Below are positions 24,757 to 38,699 of a DNA stretch of 64,000 nucleotides, piece after piece. Made by a program: the position numbers and the translations under genes. The notes below the pieces were generated by a model that worked only from the letters and a program-made list of their open reading frames with translations, had not been told where the DNA came from and did not search any database. The stretch comes from Octopus sinensis (taxonomy: Eukaryota). The DNA lies in assembly GCF_006345805.1 (NCBI RefSeq), contig NC_043002.1, forward strand, positions 15,934,001-15,998,000, given 5' to 3'. The stretch's first letter is position 1. Each line of letters begins with the position of its first letter.

Positions 24757-25979
24757 TACGTGCACTCTCAAAATACCTGCATAGATTTTTATATCCTGAA
24801 TGAAAACGATCTCATTAACTCGTTGGTGGATCATGGTGAAAAAAGATGGTCTCTGATATTTTTTTCTGTTTTATGGGTTGTTATTTTTGAAGACAAAGAA
24901 AGAAAATAAATTACAGAAAAAAAAACACGAAATGATATTGAATTAAAGGAAACAGCGCAGTTTCCATTTTTCTATTAAAATATTTGGTTTTGCTAAGTTT
25001 TTCATTTTCCTTTCTGGAAAGAAATGCATGAAAATAACATTTTAAGAATGTGATTCACAATACATCTATGTACATATAAGCATTTTTATCTTTTTTCGAT
25101 TTTCTTATACATTAGAAATATATTTATTCCCGTCTTTCCAAATTTAAGTAGCTTCAAATTGAAGTAATTCTCTCTTTCGGTGATATTTGCTGAACGTTTT
25201 AAATATCCTTTCTTTCGCATATACATTCAGACACACAGACTGTAACTTGCATATTGCCTGGAAGTCGTCTTAATATATAGATAATATATAGACATTAGCA
25301 GTTCTTCCATACGGAAAATGCATAGATGTCTCTCACGCATATTGAAATGCTCTATCTAATTCATTGTGTTACTGATAGATGTGACACATTAAGAGCATAT
25401 TTCAGAATTTTCATAATGCAAACCTGATATGCCGCTTTTGTACGTATCATAGAATTATATACAATCAAGTGATTGCGATACATTCATTTCTGAAAAACAT
25501 TTGTAAAACGTATTAACATGTCCTTTTTTTCTACGCAAGAAAATAAGCTCATTTTTTGACATGTAGAAGCAGGAGTGTCTATTCTCAGCAGCTGATTTGG
25601 GATCATCACTTGATGCAGCAATACAGTTATCAGTCTTGATCGTCATTTTATTTGCTATTTCTTAACAATCTTTCGCAACTTTCATAATTTTAAACACTGA
25701 CATGTTAATTTCTCAAAAGCTTTCTTTTACTATCAGAGAATGCGTATAAAGACTTCATCGGGTCTTCCAATAAAATTCAACATTAGAGAAGCTGGACTGA
25801 TAAATTTGCAGATTAATAAATTTGCGATTTAGTGATAGCTACGGCCATCATATATGTCATAGAAACAGAAGTCTTATAAATAGAGATAACATCGTTTTTT
25901 TATTACATGAGTTTAAAGAATAATTGCATATTAATCATAATAATCGTAGTTAAGATTGCATCCAAATATTACGGTTAAA

Positions 25980-27237
25980 TACGAAGAGGTGCTGACAATG
26001 TCCTGATTTTAATGGTATAGCGAAAGGGTAGAGATGTTACAATTACAGGAGAAGTAGAACAAATATTTAGGACAAGATAAACGAAAACACATGATGACAT
26101 ACCATATAACTTTCTCTTTTCTTGCAGATTTAACACATGATGTCAGCTCTTACAGCGGATTTTGGTAAAACAATAGAGCAGAGGTTCCTGTAATCCCTTT
26201 TTTTTGCAAGGGATAGGAGCGGCGGAAATGCATGGTGAAATGATGTATGGCTGCCCGAGGCTTAAAAGATGGCCGCCCGTATCTTACTGTACGGTAAAAT
26301 GCCGGTGCTTCGGTTGGTCATATGGAGGTCACAGATGAACCCCGGGCATGACGGTCAACTATCCACAGAGAAAAGAGCCGGCGCTGAGCATGTCATGATT
26401 CTCAAGTCATAGCTGAGACTCTGAGTATTTCCTACAAGATTTCTATCCACATTATCCACAACCTTTTAGATATACGTAAGCTTGGCTTGGCACAAAATGG
26501 GTGCTGAAAAGTTTGAACGCAGATATAAAGCGCATCCCAGTGACAAGAAAAGCGATTTTGGACCGGTTTGCCGCGGGAGAGTCTTGTCTAGTTACCATGG
26601 GTGAAACGTGACTTTATGATCACTAAATCAAGCAGAAATTACTGCAGTGATACCACAATGGTTCACTGCGACTCGAGATATTTCGGACTCAGAAGTCAGC
26701 TGGAAAGATTCTGGCTTCAGTTTTCTGGGACAAAAACAGTGTACTCTTCATAAAACACCTGCCAATGTTGCACGATCAATGCAGAATACTACTTCTCTCT
26801 GTTGGATGAACTACGAGAAACTTCGAAGAAGAAACCTTTAGAAGCTGAGCCGTATTGTCCCGTTTTGCGGGACAGTGCACCAGCACACAAAGCTCATGAA
26901 ACTCTACGGAAAATACACGTCTTTGGTTTCGAATTGGTAGACCACCCACCTTACTCTCCTGACGTGGCCCCCTCCGATTATCACCTCTTTCCACAACTGG
27001 ATAAACCTCTCAAGGGAGTAAAATACAACTCTGGTTCGGACGTGATCGCTGCTACAAAGAGGCCTGGCTGGAAGCCCAACATTCCAAGATGTTTTTACAA
27101 GGCATAGAAAAATTGAAGACCTGCTTCAATGAATATGTAGATTTTAAAAGTGAATATTTTGAATTAAATCATAATTAATTGATCCTTCAATATTTCCTTT
27201 TCAGCCAAAGCCAGTGACTTTTCTACACACGCTGGTA
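25980..27237 (+). mobile_element. Degenerate mariner (D34D-type) transposon
   Basis: Remnants WVLKSL (WVPHEL-like), VTMGET (VTGDETW-like), SAGKILASVFWD, DSAPAH and HPPYSPDVAPSDYHLF. Diverged TIR-like ends at ~25980 and ~27205-27237. Stops and frameshifts throughout. Confidence 0.9.
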
Positions 27238-29163
27238 AATATAATATTATATTTTAAGAAATATAGCGTAAGTACTACTGGTTGTCCGTTTATAAGTTGA
27301 AGTTTGTATCGCAGTAGACGATACAAAAGTGTAATGAATCACTTTTCATAATACTCATTTGATTTGTGCTACATTTTACGGTAATGGCTGCAAAAGTCAT
27401 CCACAATTATGTGGATTAATCAGTTACATAGGTGATTCGAAAATACATTCAATATTTATTTATTTGCTTTTTACTCTTCTATACTTATTTGTATATAACT
27501 ATTTCAGTTGTTAGTTATATATTCATTACAATGAGCTCAAATATACTCGAGGTCTAGGAGCATTCTATTCTATCTTTTTATAAAGATCAGTAAAAAGATA
27601 TAATTATCTCCCTTGGTAAATATAGGAGATATCGGAAAACATTTCTGTTAAGTTTATTTCTGGCTACAGTTTGCCACTCCCAAGACATACATATTGCAGT
27701 TGTTTATTTACGTGGTACCAACAAATTTCTTATTGGAAGTCGTATAGTTATATTTCCAAACGTGTCAACATTGGTATGCAGGAGCTTGGTTTCAAACTTT
27801 GGCACAAGGCCAGTATGTTTGGATAAGAGGTTAAGTCTGTTCTTTCAACTCCAGTGCGCAATCGGTACTTATTTTATAGAGTGCGGAAACGATGAAAGCC
27901 AAAGTTGACTACAACAGACTAGTTGTAATAATACCAATACTTCAGGAACCGAACAATCTCATAAGAGAAAAAGCTTACTTCATTAACTAGATTAACTGGA
28001 AGATTTATCAGACCATCCATCTCTAATTGTATTGTGTCGTAAAGAATTTGAACAATTTAATTTTAAGAAATTTTGATCGGAGCTAAGCACAAATTTCCTC
28101 AGTTTATTATCATATTGGGAAAATAGTAGGTTGCGACGGAAGCCATCTGGCAACACCATCGCTGACCCACTGTCCCACAATCACTGTAATTTCTTGGCAT
28201 ATCCTCCGGAGTTTTCTGCTCTGCCATTTTCCATTCCTCGTAGACACGCATTTGGAATTGTCTGGTGCATTAATATTACAGCGTTGAAGTGATATTGGTA
28301 AATCTAATATTCTGCTCGTCTTCTAGGAAAGAATGAGCTGGCAGTACGTAAAATAAACAACGGCACTACCTATATCTTGATCGACAGGAGCCAACAAGAA
28401 ACTGAATGGGAATGTCCACCAAATGAAGCAAGGAAGATTAATCCACTTTGTTCTCATATTTTAAAGAGGGCAGCGGAATAGAATGCGTTTAGATCTGCAG
28501 TATATTTGGGTTCATTGTCATGAATATTTGATATTCATATAACAGCGTATATGTATATAAATTAATGGCTTCCGTATGATTAATCGGAAATAAGTCATAT
28601 CTTAAATTCTTGACTGTATTTATGCATCGACTTGTCTAAGGCGACTGCATTGCAGCTGCTATAAATGCAATCTATACCAATACCAGAATATTTGGGATAG
28701 ATTTGATACCTTAGCTAAATTTGAAATGAATTTAATGGCAAAGAGCATTTTAATCGTACAGTAATATTACGTCAAAGATTTTTTCTTTGGTTGTTTGAAA
28801 TACTTCAGGAAGACTTTTCACACTATTACATCGTATAGACATTATACACAAGCAATCCAAGTGTAAATTAAGTGTGTCGGTTGATGATAATCGCCTTGCA
28901 ATTAATGGCTGCACTGTTGTTGACTGAGTGTACTGCGTACTATATTACAATGGCGGTGACAAACGACACGTGATGCTTCGACAGGGATAGCTTCAAGTCT
29001 TAACTTCCATTTCGTTGTGGTACATGTAGAACTACCGATTTTACAAATGGATACAACACCTTCAGCTGGAACTTTGAATTCACTTTCCAGCAATTAATTT
29101 ACTGAAGTAAACACACTAATCATTTTGAGGTGTTTTATGAAAGAGTATCTTTTCTACTCAGTA

Positions 29164-29399
29164 AGGCGGCGAGCTGGCAGAAATGTTAGCGCGCCCGGCG
29201 AAATGCTAAGCGGTATTTCGTCTGCCGTTACATTCTGAGTTCAAATTCTACCGAGGTCGACTTTGCCTTTCATCCTTTTGGGGTCGATAAATTAAGTACC
29301 AGTTACGCACTGGGGTCGATATAATCGAATTAATCAGTTTGCCCGTCATTGTTTGTCTTCTCTGTGTTTAGCACCTTGTGGTAGTAAAGAAATAGGTAT
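29164..29399 (+). mobile_element. SINE family D
   Basis: Head plus one body unit. Confidence 0.8.
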
Positions 29400-32300
29400 C
29401 CTTTCCACTCAGAAATATTCAAAATGTCTTATCACTACTGATGCATTGTCTGACAGAATTGGATAGAACTCTTACGGTTGTTTTACAACTTTAATGCTGA
29501 AATTGTAACTAGAAATCGTAGGAAGACAAAGTAGTGTTGATTCACTGAATTGAAGAATATTAAGATAATGTGAGCAGCCAATGTCTTGGATAGGAAGGAA
29601 CAGTAGAAAACTATCCTCTCTTTGTCAATTTTAATTCGGTGACCAAATTTTGGATGTATCTGGAAACTGGCATTTAGCCTGGCATACCTCTGTTGAAAGG
29701 TTTCTTAATGTCTATCTTTTATCCGTTCAACGAATGGCTACTGGAGATCTGCTTGTCTTTCGTCCAGAGTTTCAGCTATTCATCTGCAGCCTGTTTAGTA
29801 GTTCATTTTGATGTCGTGTCACACGTCTACTGGAAGCTGAATTATTGGTGGCAATATATTTGTTTCCTTACAGCTGATGTTCATTTGTTTATACACCTAC
29901 AAGATAATTTACAATTACAGCAGATTTTGCCATAAATGGACAACATCTTTCCCTGACAGTAGTGATGTGTCACTTTTAGCAAATCACTTCTTAATGAGAA
30001 GAGTATATTCACTCCTAACCATGATTTCTAACAGACATACTCGAAATTTGATAACCTACTTCATTTCCTGGGATAAAAGTTTTTGCAATACTTTTAATAA
30101 AACAAGACAGAAATAAACGGAAACAAGAAGTAAAAGAGACCATTGAGAGAATTAGAGAAGTACAGGTAAATAGGAAAATAATAGACAGAAAGTTGTGAAA
30201 GTGGAACGCGAATATGAAATGGGAAAATGCAAGAATACAATCAAGTGCAGAGGAGGGGAAGTAAAAGTATTTGACAGCAGCCCAGGAGTGAGGAAGAAGA
30301 ATAACAAAAAGATGCACAAAGAAAGTGAGAGAGAGCCAAACAGACAAGGAGATATCTTGAGAAAGTGTGTGACAGAAAATATGAGAGAATGGGTGAAACA
30401 AATATTAAAACTTGAGGGTTGGTGTAGAATATTAAAACATTGAGATGCTTCACCCACGTGGTGCCGATGGAGAAGGCAATTGTCACATAAAATGAAAGTT
30501 TGGGAGGAGAAATGAACACGCCACCACGCAAACATTATTATCTATGTGTGTGTATTTATCTGAGTGTATATGTGTTGGTTCTATTTTTAAAAAGAATGCT
30601 TGGGTTTAAAGAAAACTGTTTAGTTGGAATGCGTAAGGTGACTGATAAATACATGTGATCTTGTGTCCGCTACTGAAGTTTCTCTAGTGCAATGTCACTG
30701 AGGATGAATATAATTGTGGAAGTGTCTCTGTATACGAACCACAAGAGAATAATTTTCATGCTCGATTTACTAGAATCAACAACTTAATGTCACGCAATGG
30801 GAACTCTATTGTTTAAATTACTCAAACGTACTATTTAGTACGTTCGAGTAATTTAAACAATAGAGTAACTTTACTGGATGTGAATAGTTAGAATGCTTTT
30901 CATCATAAACTGAAACAAATCAATTCCATTCACTATAAACTTAGGAAAGTGTGCATATACAATTGACTTGTTAGTAATTCCATCCACCTTTCACAAGGTG
31001 AGGATATAGCTAAGAAAAAGGCTTGGTATTAACGGCTGCCATGGATTTGGAAAGTAGGGTTGATCTGAAGAGAAAAATCAGAAACTGTAACAACACAGTT
31101 GAAATGCCAGTCAGTTTGCAATACCGAATATCATTGACCTTTAAGAATATATTTGGGATGAAAACTCAGATAGCTCACAAATAGGGCACGTGGACGAAAT
31201 TACGTTGTTCTCATCTGTAAAGAATTCTTGGTTCAATATTTTTTTGCCGAGTCTGTGTAAGAATCATTCTGTAAAAATCCAATCACATTTTAATCCATTA
31301 CAGATCCATTTAAAATTTAACAGCTTTTCACCTATTTTTTTTCTCTTCTAGAGTGGTGTCGTCACAGCTATATATTCTCTAAATATTCCCTTGCGCAAAC
31401 GTGATCAGTATTCTCTTGTTAAACTTCATCAATAAATTATTGAGCTTCTTTCCGCAATAATCGTCTAAGCTTCAATACAGAGTACCCAATCGTGTGTTCG
31501 ATATCATCATTATCAACATCATCGTCGTCATACTCGTTATTATTGTTATCCTCGACATCGTCGTTATAATCAACTGTATTATTAATTTTATTATTATTGT
31601 TATTATTATTATTATCATTTTATTTATTTATTACAGAATAAGAGTACGATACGATGAACAATCACTATGTAGGGGTAAATAATATTCCGAGAGAATATGT
31701 CTTTTTCAGGTTAAAAATAAAAAATGTGCAGAAATGCAGAGATTTAAAATATTCTACGTTCCGTTACGAAAACAACACCGTCATCAACTTCCGTTTATTT
31801 ATACATTATAACAAAGGAAGAACGAAAAAATACGAAAAGGGAATGGAAGAAAGAGAACACAGTGAAAACGTTCTGTGTAAATATGATAGAATCCTTTTGT
31901 GATGTTGTTTGTTCATAAAGGCCTTATCGATAGTCTTTCACAAATATATTTATTCTCAGGCATTTTGAGGACTAAAAATACAGTGGCATCAGAACATTTT
32001 CTGAGAATGTTTACTTTCAGATGTTCTTTAAATTTAGGGTCGTTTCATGTAAAATGATCGACCGAAATGTTGTTATCGTGTCTTACGTCCTAGCCATGGT
32101 CGTTCACTCTTTTATCTACATTTATTCTGTTGCACAACTAAGATAAACAAAATGTTCGATTTGGTGAACCGTGTTGCGTACATTAAATGACAAGAGGTGC
32201 AATCCATTTCTGTCATAATTTATGGGGGAACCTCACTTGACTAATATTGTTGCAAGATGAATTGCGCTTTTTCCAGGGTAGAGCTTCCAGAAGCTTTAAA

Positions 32301-34701
32301 TGAGTTTTTATTGGAATCAATATATGGGAGGAAGCAGGTGTGCAAAACAACACTGTAACTATTCGACTTAAATTCTTGTGTCGAAAACGTCGACACAAAC
32401 TTTTCAAAAGTTGGGCGTGAATATTATGTTGAATTTAAAGCTTTTGCGAAGCAGTCACTGAAACGCGAGAAGTTGACTAAACTATCCTGTGAGCCGTGAA
32501 CCTTCCCATAAAAGAAACAAAACCGTCATCATTTAATCAAAACTGGTATACTAGTTCATGACTGTGTAGTGTTTTTGATGTTACGAGTAAGTATATCTAA
32601 ACTTTTGTCATTAAGTCGAGCGATATCAAATGCCATGGTGATATCCATGGCTCATTTTGCCTGGTGGGAAAATTTTGTTCAAACTTTATTGCGTGGACAA
32701 ATTCTTACCACTCTTCTGTATACTGTATGTCATTGTACCTACTAAGGAAATCATTACTAGCATACGTTGAAATGCTGAAGTATATCAATCAAAGTAGCTA
32801 TATGTTAGCGTTCTTAAAGCCACACACCAGCCCTGAAGTAGTATATATAATTCAGAAGCATACTTGTACATAAGAATGCACCGTTATATGATAATTTGAG
32901 TGCCGAATACTAGGGGCTAGATTTGATGCAACGTATATTCTATGATTCTGGAGTCAGATACGAGAGTGATCACGAATACGCTTTCGCTTGGACCCAATGG
33001 GACCTCCTTGTTGATGTTTAAGACAATAACATATCTATTCATTTATAATACGTTTCTGTTTTGGATATTGAAGAAGAACTCACCCTTTTTAGGTGATCTG
33101 TGCTCACAATACTCGTGAATGTAACCTGGACACACGGTGTAAGTGTACTTCCAGAAACTCAATCAAAGGCACCTCACCGGAGAAATGAATTTTAAATAGC
33201 ATGAGTTATTGTTTAAAGAAATAAAAAAAAAATATATATATATATTCGATGTATGCCAAACATAATTTCATGGTTGCTTGCATAACAGTTAGAATCCAAA
33301 TAATAACATATATATTCATAATTTCTGGCAGAGTTGCACTTCAGAATATCTGATCCCTTGTTGTTTATCAAATGAGTGTACTTACTCTATTTACCCGATA
33401 AACGTTCATCTTATACACGAGTCACCGGCGTAAAGGGACTATGAGAGAAAATAGTGATTCGTTTATCTCTGTTATCCGTGAACATCATGATTCAAAACCC
33501 GTTGTCTCGGACAGAAATTATGTTACTGCGTCACTTTTGATTTTGTGAAACGTAAATGGCAGCCTTGTTGGCACGCGAATTCATAATGTAAATGCACACA
33601 GCAAGAAATAAAATTTCAATACACTACTGTTTCTAGTAATTAGTAGTCTTCGTTAAATAGCACCCTTTAAATTATCTCGTCTTCTTTTAATTTAAGGAAG
33701 CGTGTTGTAAAATCACAAGTTTGTTATAGCGGTATTAAAAGTCATTGTAAATGTGAATATTTTAACTGTCTCAAGTAACACAAATTCCACAGTTACTGAC
33801 AACGTTGAGAGTTTGAATAAATGCTGATAACATTTGACAGGAAAATTTGAAAAAAGAAGAAGACAATCAATAAACAAACATTTGGTTGGCATGTGAAATC
33901 AACGTTAATTAATTGAAATATTGGTTTGTTATAAAAAACAGCAATAATAAAAACTGCACTTCAACAGCAAATAGTACTTGTAGTTAATATTATTGCAGCT
34001 GCTACCACGGAAGAAAATATTTTCACGAATTTTCATGGTAAAAAAAAGGAAAGAAAAATATTGCTCTGAGTGAAACAAATCGATTAATCAAATTAGTGAA
34101 CTATTTAAGTATGACAGCCATTAACACAGTGAGCGGCTAAATTATTTTTTGTAATGATGCAGAGGCACAAACACGCCACAAATTTATAGGGATGGTGAAT
34201 ATGAACGTTTTTTGAAATTGATAACAAAATGATGGCTTTTTTCTCTCCAGGCTTTCGAATTTACAAAGGATACGGGAACGAATATGATGATTATAATTGG
34301 CGAAAGATAATATTTGTGTGAGGAAAGGATAGTCGTTTTCTATCTAGGTTTGTTTGACATAGAAATTGATTACCACCTTAGCGTATAAAATATTTATGCG
34401 TGTTGATTAGGAATAGAAATAATGTATTTTAACACTAGAGCAAATAGAAACGAATGTTAATCAAACGTACTTTAATTGGAAACCTATAAAATATTCAAGA
34501 GGATTAAAGCGAACCCGTGTTCTTATCAAGACAAAGCATCCTGTAGATGCCCGCTGGCAGAAACCGTTTGTTACTTAGAACTTAGTAATTCTTAAATTGA
34601 AGAACCATCATAAGAAATACAGCGGGCTTATTATGGATATGATCCTAAGATAATTACTATGTGCAAGTATATTCAACCAATAGAGAATTCCTTGCATTAT
34701 A

Positions 34702-35092
34702 GGCGCAGGAGTGGCTGTGTGGTAAGTAGCTTGTTTACCAACCACATGGTTCCGGGTTCAGTCCCACTGCATGGCACCTTGGGAAAGTGTCTTCTACTAT
34801 AGCCTCGGGCCAACCAAAGCCTTGTGAGTGGATTTGGTAGATGGAAACTGAAAGAAGCCCGTCGTATTTATGTATATATATATGTGTATGTGCGTGTATG
34901 TTTGTGTTTGTCCCCCTAGCATTGCTTGACAACCGATGCTGGTGCGTTTATGTATCCGTCACTTAGCGGTTCGGCAAAAGAGACCGATAGAATAAGTACT
35001 GGGCTTACAATGAATAAGTCCAGGGGTTGAGTTGCTCGACTAAAGGCGGTGCTCCAGCATGGCCGCAGTCAAATGACTGAAACAAGTAAAAG
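34702..35092 (+). mobile_element. SINE family A
   Basis: Full-length and close to the consensus. Confidence 0.85.
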
Positions 35093-36445
35093 AAAAAAAA
35101 TGCAAAGTTAAAAGTTACATTAAATTTTGAAGTATGTTGCTAGGTCTAGCACTAGTAACCTAACTATTGCTGATGCTGCAGGCAGTTGGTAAAAGCCTTC
35201 GAAATAATATTTACACTATTCATTATTAAATTTTATACAATTCAATGTTACATCAATTTAGACTCACGCGTCAACATCATATAATATGTCGGTAGGGAAG
35301 ATTTAACCGCAATCACTCTTACGACCCTTGACATCCAGGATACTAGATCTTCGACGTCTACATAACCTATAAAGAGCGTGATAAAGCATCGTGATAAAGC
35401 ACAGCAGCGTGATAAAACATGGCGTGTCAGCAACACTGTTTTTTTAGCCAAAATTACAAGCGAACAGAAGAAGGAAGATCTTGGCCTTAATGATTTAGAC
35501 AGATAAAGAAATGTAAGGATGACAACTGGAATGAAAAACTCGAATGAAAACAAAGTGACGAAGCGAATTTCCTATTTAACAAGTACTTATTGAATTTCCA
35601 GAACCACACGTGCGCACACACTACGCAAGCGCACATGCACCACACATACACATACACACATAAACTCGTGTCTTTAAAGAACAACTGGTGAAAGTTACTA
35701 TGGATGATCGTTGCACAAAGAACATATTTAAATAGCAACAAGCATATTTAACATAATGAACGAAAGAAATTTTAGCCAATTGCTTGGGGTGATTATTTTT
35801 TTGTATTAAGACAAGATATTTCCTTCTTCCTTTAGAACGTGTATCTGGCGTGTATTGAAATCGTTTGAAACTAAATTCCCGAATAAAAGTGCGATGGCGA
35901 TCAAATGCTACAAATTAATATCTATTAGAGTGGGTCTCAGATGTCTCAGAAACTGTAGAAAATGGCTTGAAGTATTGTCACACACAGGAAGAGCAGCAAT
36001 TGCATGTGCCAGCTGTTGGAAAATAAACGACAGAAATATAAAGGAGGTGATATACTACAATCTAGCATATACGACGAGTGTCTGAACGTTGAGTCTATGT
36101 AATAAAACTATATCTCTTCTCTCCCTGCATCTCCCCGAGCTGTGTACATGTTGTCTCACTATCCATAATCTCAGAAGATACTACATTTTATTCAAATCCC
36201 GACACCAATTTTACGAACCAGAAAACAACATAAAACTAAAAAAAAACTGATATAGACTGGTGAAATTTATAATGAAAATACGTTTCCAGTAGAAAATATT
36301 TGTTTTAGCTTATCGCACTTCGACATGGAGAAAATAATGAACATTATACCCACATATTGTTCCTGGAAGTTACCTTTGTATTATTTCAACGGATTACCTA
36401 TAGCTCGATCCTTGCATCTTACACATACACACACAAAGAAATATG

Positions 36446-36489
36446 TGTATATATATATATATATGTATATTATATATATATATGTAATA

Positions 36490-36520
<31 letters not shown>

Positions 36521-36661
36521 ATATATATGATATATATATATATATATATGTATATAATATATATATATATATATATATGTAATATATATATATATTATAT
36601 ATATGTATATATATATATTATGTATATATATTATATATATATGTATATATATATATATGTG

Positions 36662-36693
<32 letters not shown>

Positions 36694-36714
36694 ATATATG
36701 TATATATATATATG

Positions 36715-36746
<32 letters not shown>

Positions 36747-36792
36747 GTGTATATATATATGTATATATATATATATATGTATATTATATATG

Positions 36793-36826
<34 letters not shown>

Positions 36827-36864
36827 TATAATGTATATATATATATATATTATATATATATATG

Positions 36865-36897
<33 letters not shown>

Positions 36898-36903
36898 GTA
36901 TAT

Positions 36904-36972
<69 letters not shown>

Positions 36973-36976
36973 GTAT

Positions 36977-37027
<51 letters not shown>

Positions 37028-37195
37028 TATGTATATATATATATAGTATATATATATATATATATATTATATATATGTATATATATATATTATATATATG
37101 TATATATATATATGCACGTATATGTATTATATACACATATGCGTGTGCATCTATGCGTGCGTGTGTACATGTGTGTGTGCATATATATGCATACA
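36446..37195. repeat. ~750-bp imperfect (TA)n/(TATG)n microsatellite field
   Basis: Directly visible; the source of the many YIYI ORFs in the track. Confidence 0.95.
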
Positions 37196-37449
37196 TCTAC
37201 TATGTGAACAAATCTGTTTGAACCACTATAAATGGCACAAAATTGACTAATATCTGACCGTTGAGAATGCTGTTTTGCTTTAACCTCGGAAGACACTTTC
37301 ACAAAGGATGTCTGAAGTTATTTTTGTCTTAAACAAGCGATACATATAAAAATTGCAGTCTCAAAAATCACTGTGGTTGGTTAGCAACCTAGTCAAGCGG
37401 ATGGTTTGTTTTTTCATCGTCTGTGTTAAATAAGATGCTTCCTTGTTGG

Positions 37450-38300
37450 AGCTGAAGTAATGAAAGCAATCTCAACGGTCAAATATTGCTATAAATGCTG
37501 AGTATGCACAAGTCCAGGATTTCATCAACAGAATTATGGTAAAATTAATGAAAGCCATTGTCAATCATGCCAATGTGTCAGGTTCAACTATTAGAGGTGT
37601 TGTGGAGGAAGACACCAAAAACAGATCCTATGTTAAGGGAATAGTGCAGTTCATGCCCACTATGATTAGCCACTACAAACCTTTTTTACTCTCCTTGTTT
37701 TTCTGTGTCCCTTTCTGTAAAAGAGCGTCGGCTCGAAACGTAAAAGACTTTTTCTATTCATGAGCGTTTTACTAATACATATGTTTGTTTTGTACACCAC
37801 CTGTCTTCGTCTTTTGTTTTTTTTTTCGTAAACTCTCCCTATAGTATAATATACATCTTCAACAAACTCAAGCACGTGAGGTGTCCACTTCTCAAATAGC
37901 AAAAACATTTTTCGAGATCAAAAAGTGAACAGGAGGAATAACAAATTGCTCTGATCCACCGCTACAGTAGTTCTCACTGATAACCACATCAAATTCTTGG
38001 GTCTATCTTGGTCTTAGTGTCGAGAGTAATAATGAGCATGTCATGCTTTCTTACGTTTCTACGCAAGGAATTAGCAAGTGAAAACCTAATATTTACGGCA
38101 AGAGAGCGCCTGCTCTTGCAAACCCAGCAGGAAACAGGAGTGGCTGTCCGAAAAACCCCGTGTTCAAGTCATAATCCCTGATATTAGATCCCTTGAACCT
38201 TGCCCTAATACGCCTGGAGCATCGTTAAGAGGAAGGCCAAACGGTATGCACACAGTACAAAGAATTTGTTGATTGTCTGCTTTTGGCTGTATTATATCCA
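37450..38300 (+). mobile_element. Degenerate maT/DD37D-like transposase relic, interrupted by a Penelope-like fragment at ~37690-37850
   Basis: Peptide remnants MKAIVNHANVSGSTIRGVVEED...SYV...QFM, KVNRRNN, a frameshifted FQQDSAPAH-like segment (TTTACGGCAAGAGAGCGCCTGCTC), QEWLSE and YAWSIV.RKA. Subfamily and boundaries are approximate. Confidence 0.65.
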
Positions 38301-38661
38301 ACATGAATAACGATAAATTCATTATAGCATTTAATTGTTTCAGAGGCTATATGGTAGCAATAATGAAAGCTGATGGTTGTTACATTGAATAGACTTTTCC
38401 TATGGGTGTGCTACAATATATGCACCACATTCTATGAAAGTGTATTGGGTTTTCCAATAAATATATTTCCTCCCCTTAAATAAAATTTTATTCTCAAGCA
38501 GCTCGGCCGAAATTGCGAAAATAATCTGGTACTCGACTGAGGAAAGAAAACTTCGAATGACCCGTCCTCGTTTTCTTTGTGTCGTCTATCTGGATGTTTT
38601 GTTGTCCCATTATTGTATCACCAAACTGTCTGGATGTTTTGTGTTCTTGTCCCATTTTGTA

Positions 38662-38699
<38 letters not shown>

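Noticed and set aside
27992-28330. GC-richer segment with short open frames on the minus strand
   Set aside because: No recognisable homology; possibly an old repeat.
29640-30540. Purine-skewed region with overlapping 80-130 aa ORFs
   Set aside because: Compositional bias with frequent stops; no diagnostic RT or endonuclease motif.
31065-31089. CUGAAGA ... GAAACUGUA
   Set aside because: No stem II pairing; compatible with chance.
36325-37302. Numerous 60-150 aa ORFs rich in Y/I/M/C/H/T here and at the other microsatellites
   Set aside because: Translations of (TA)n, (TG)n and (TACA)n tracts, which lack stop codons by composition.
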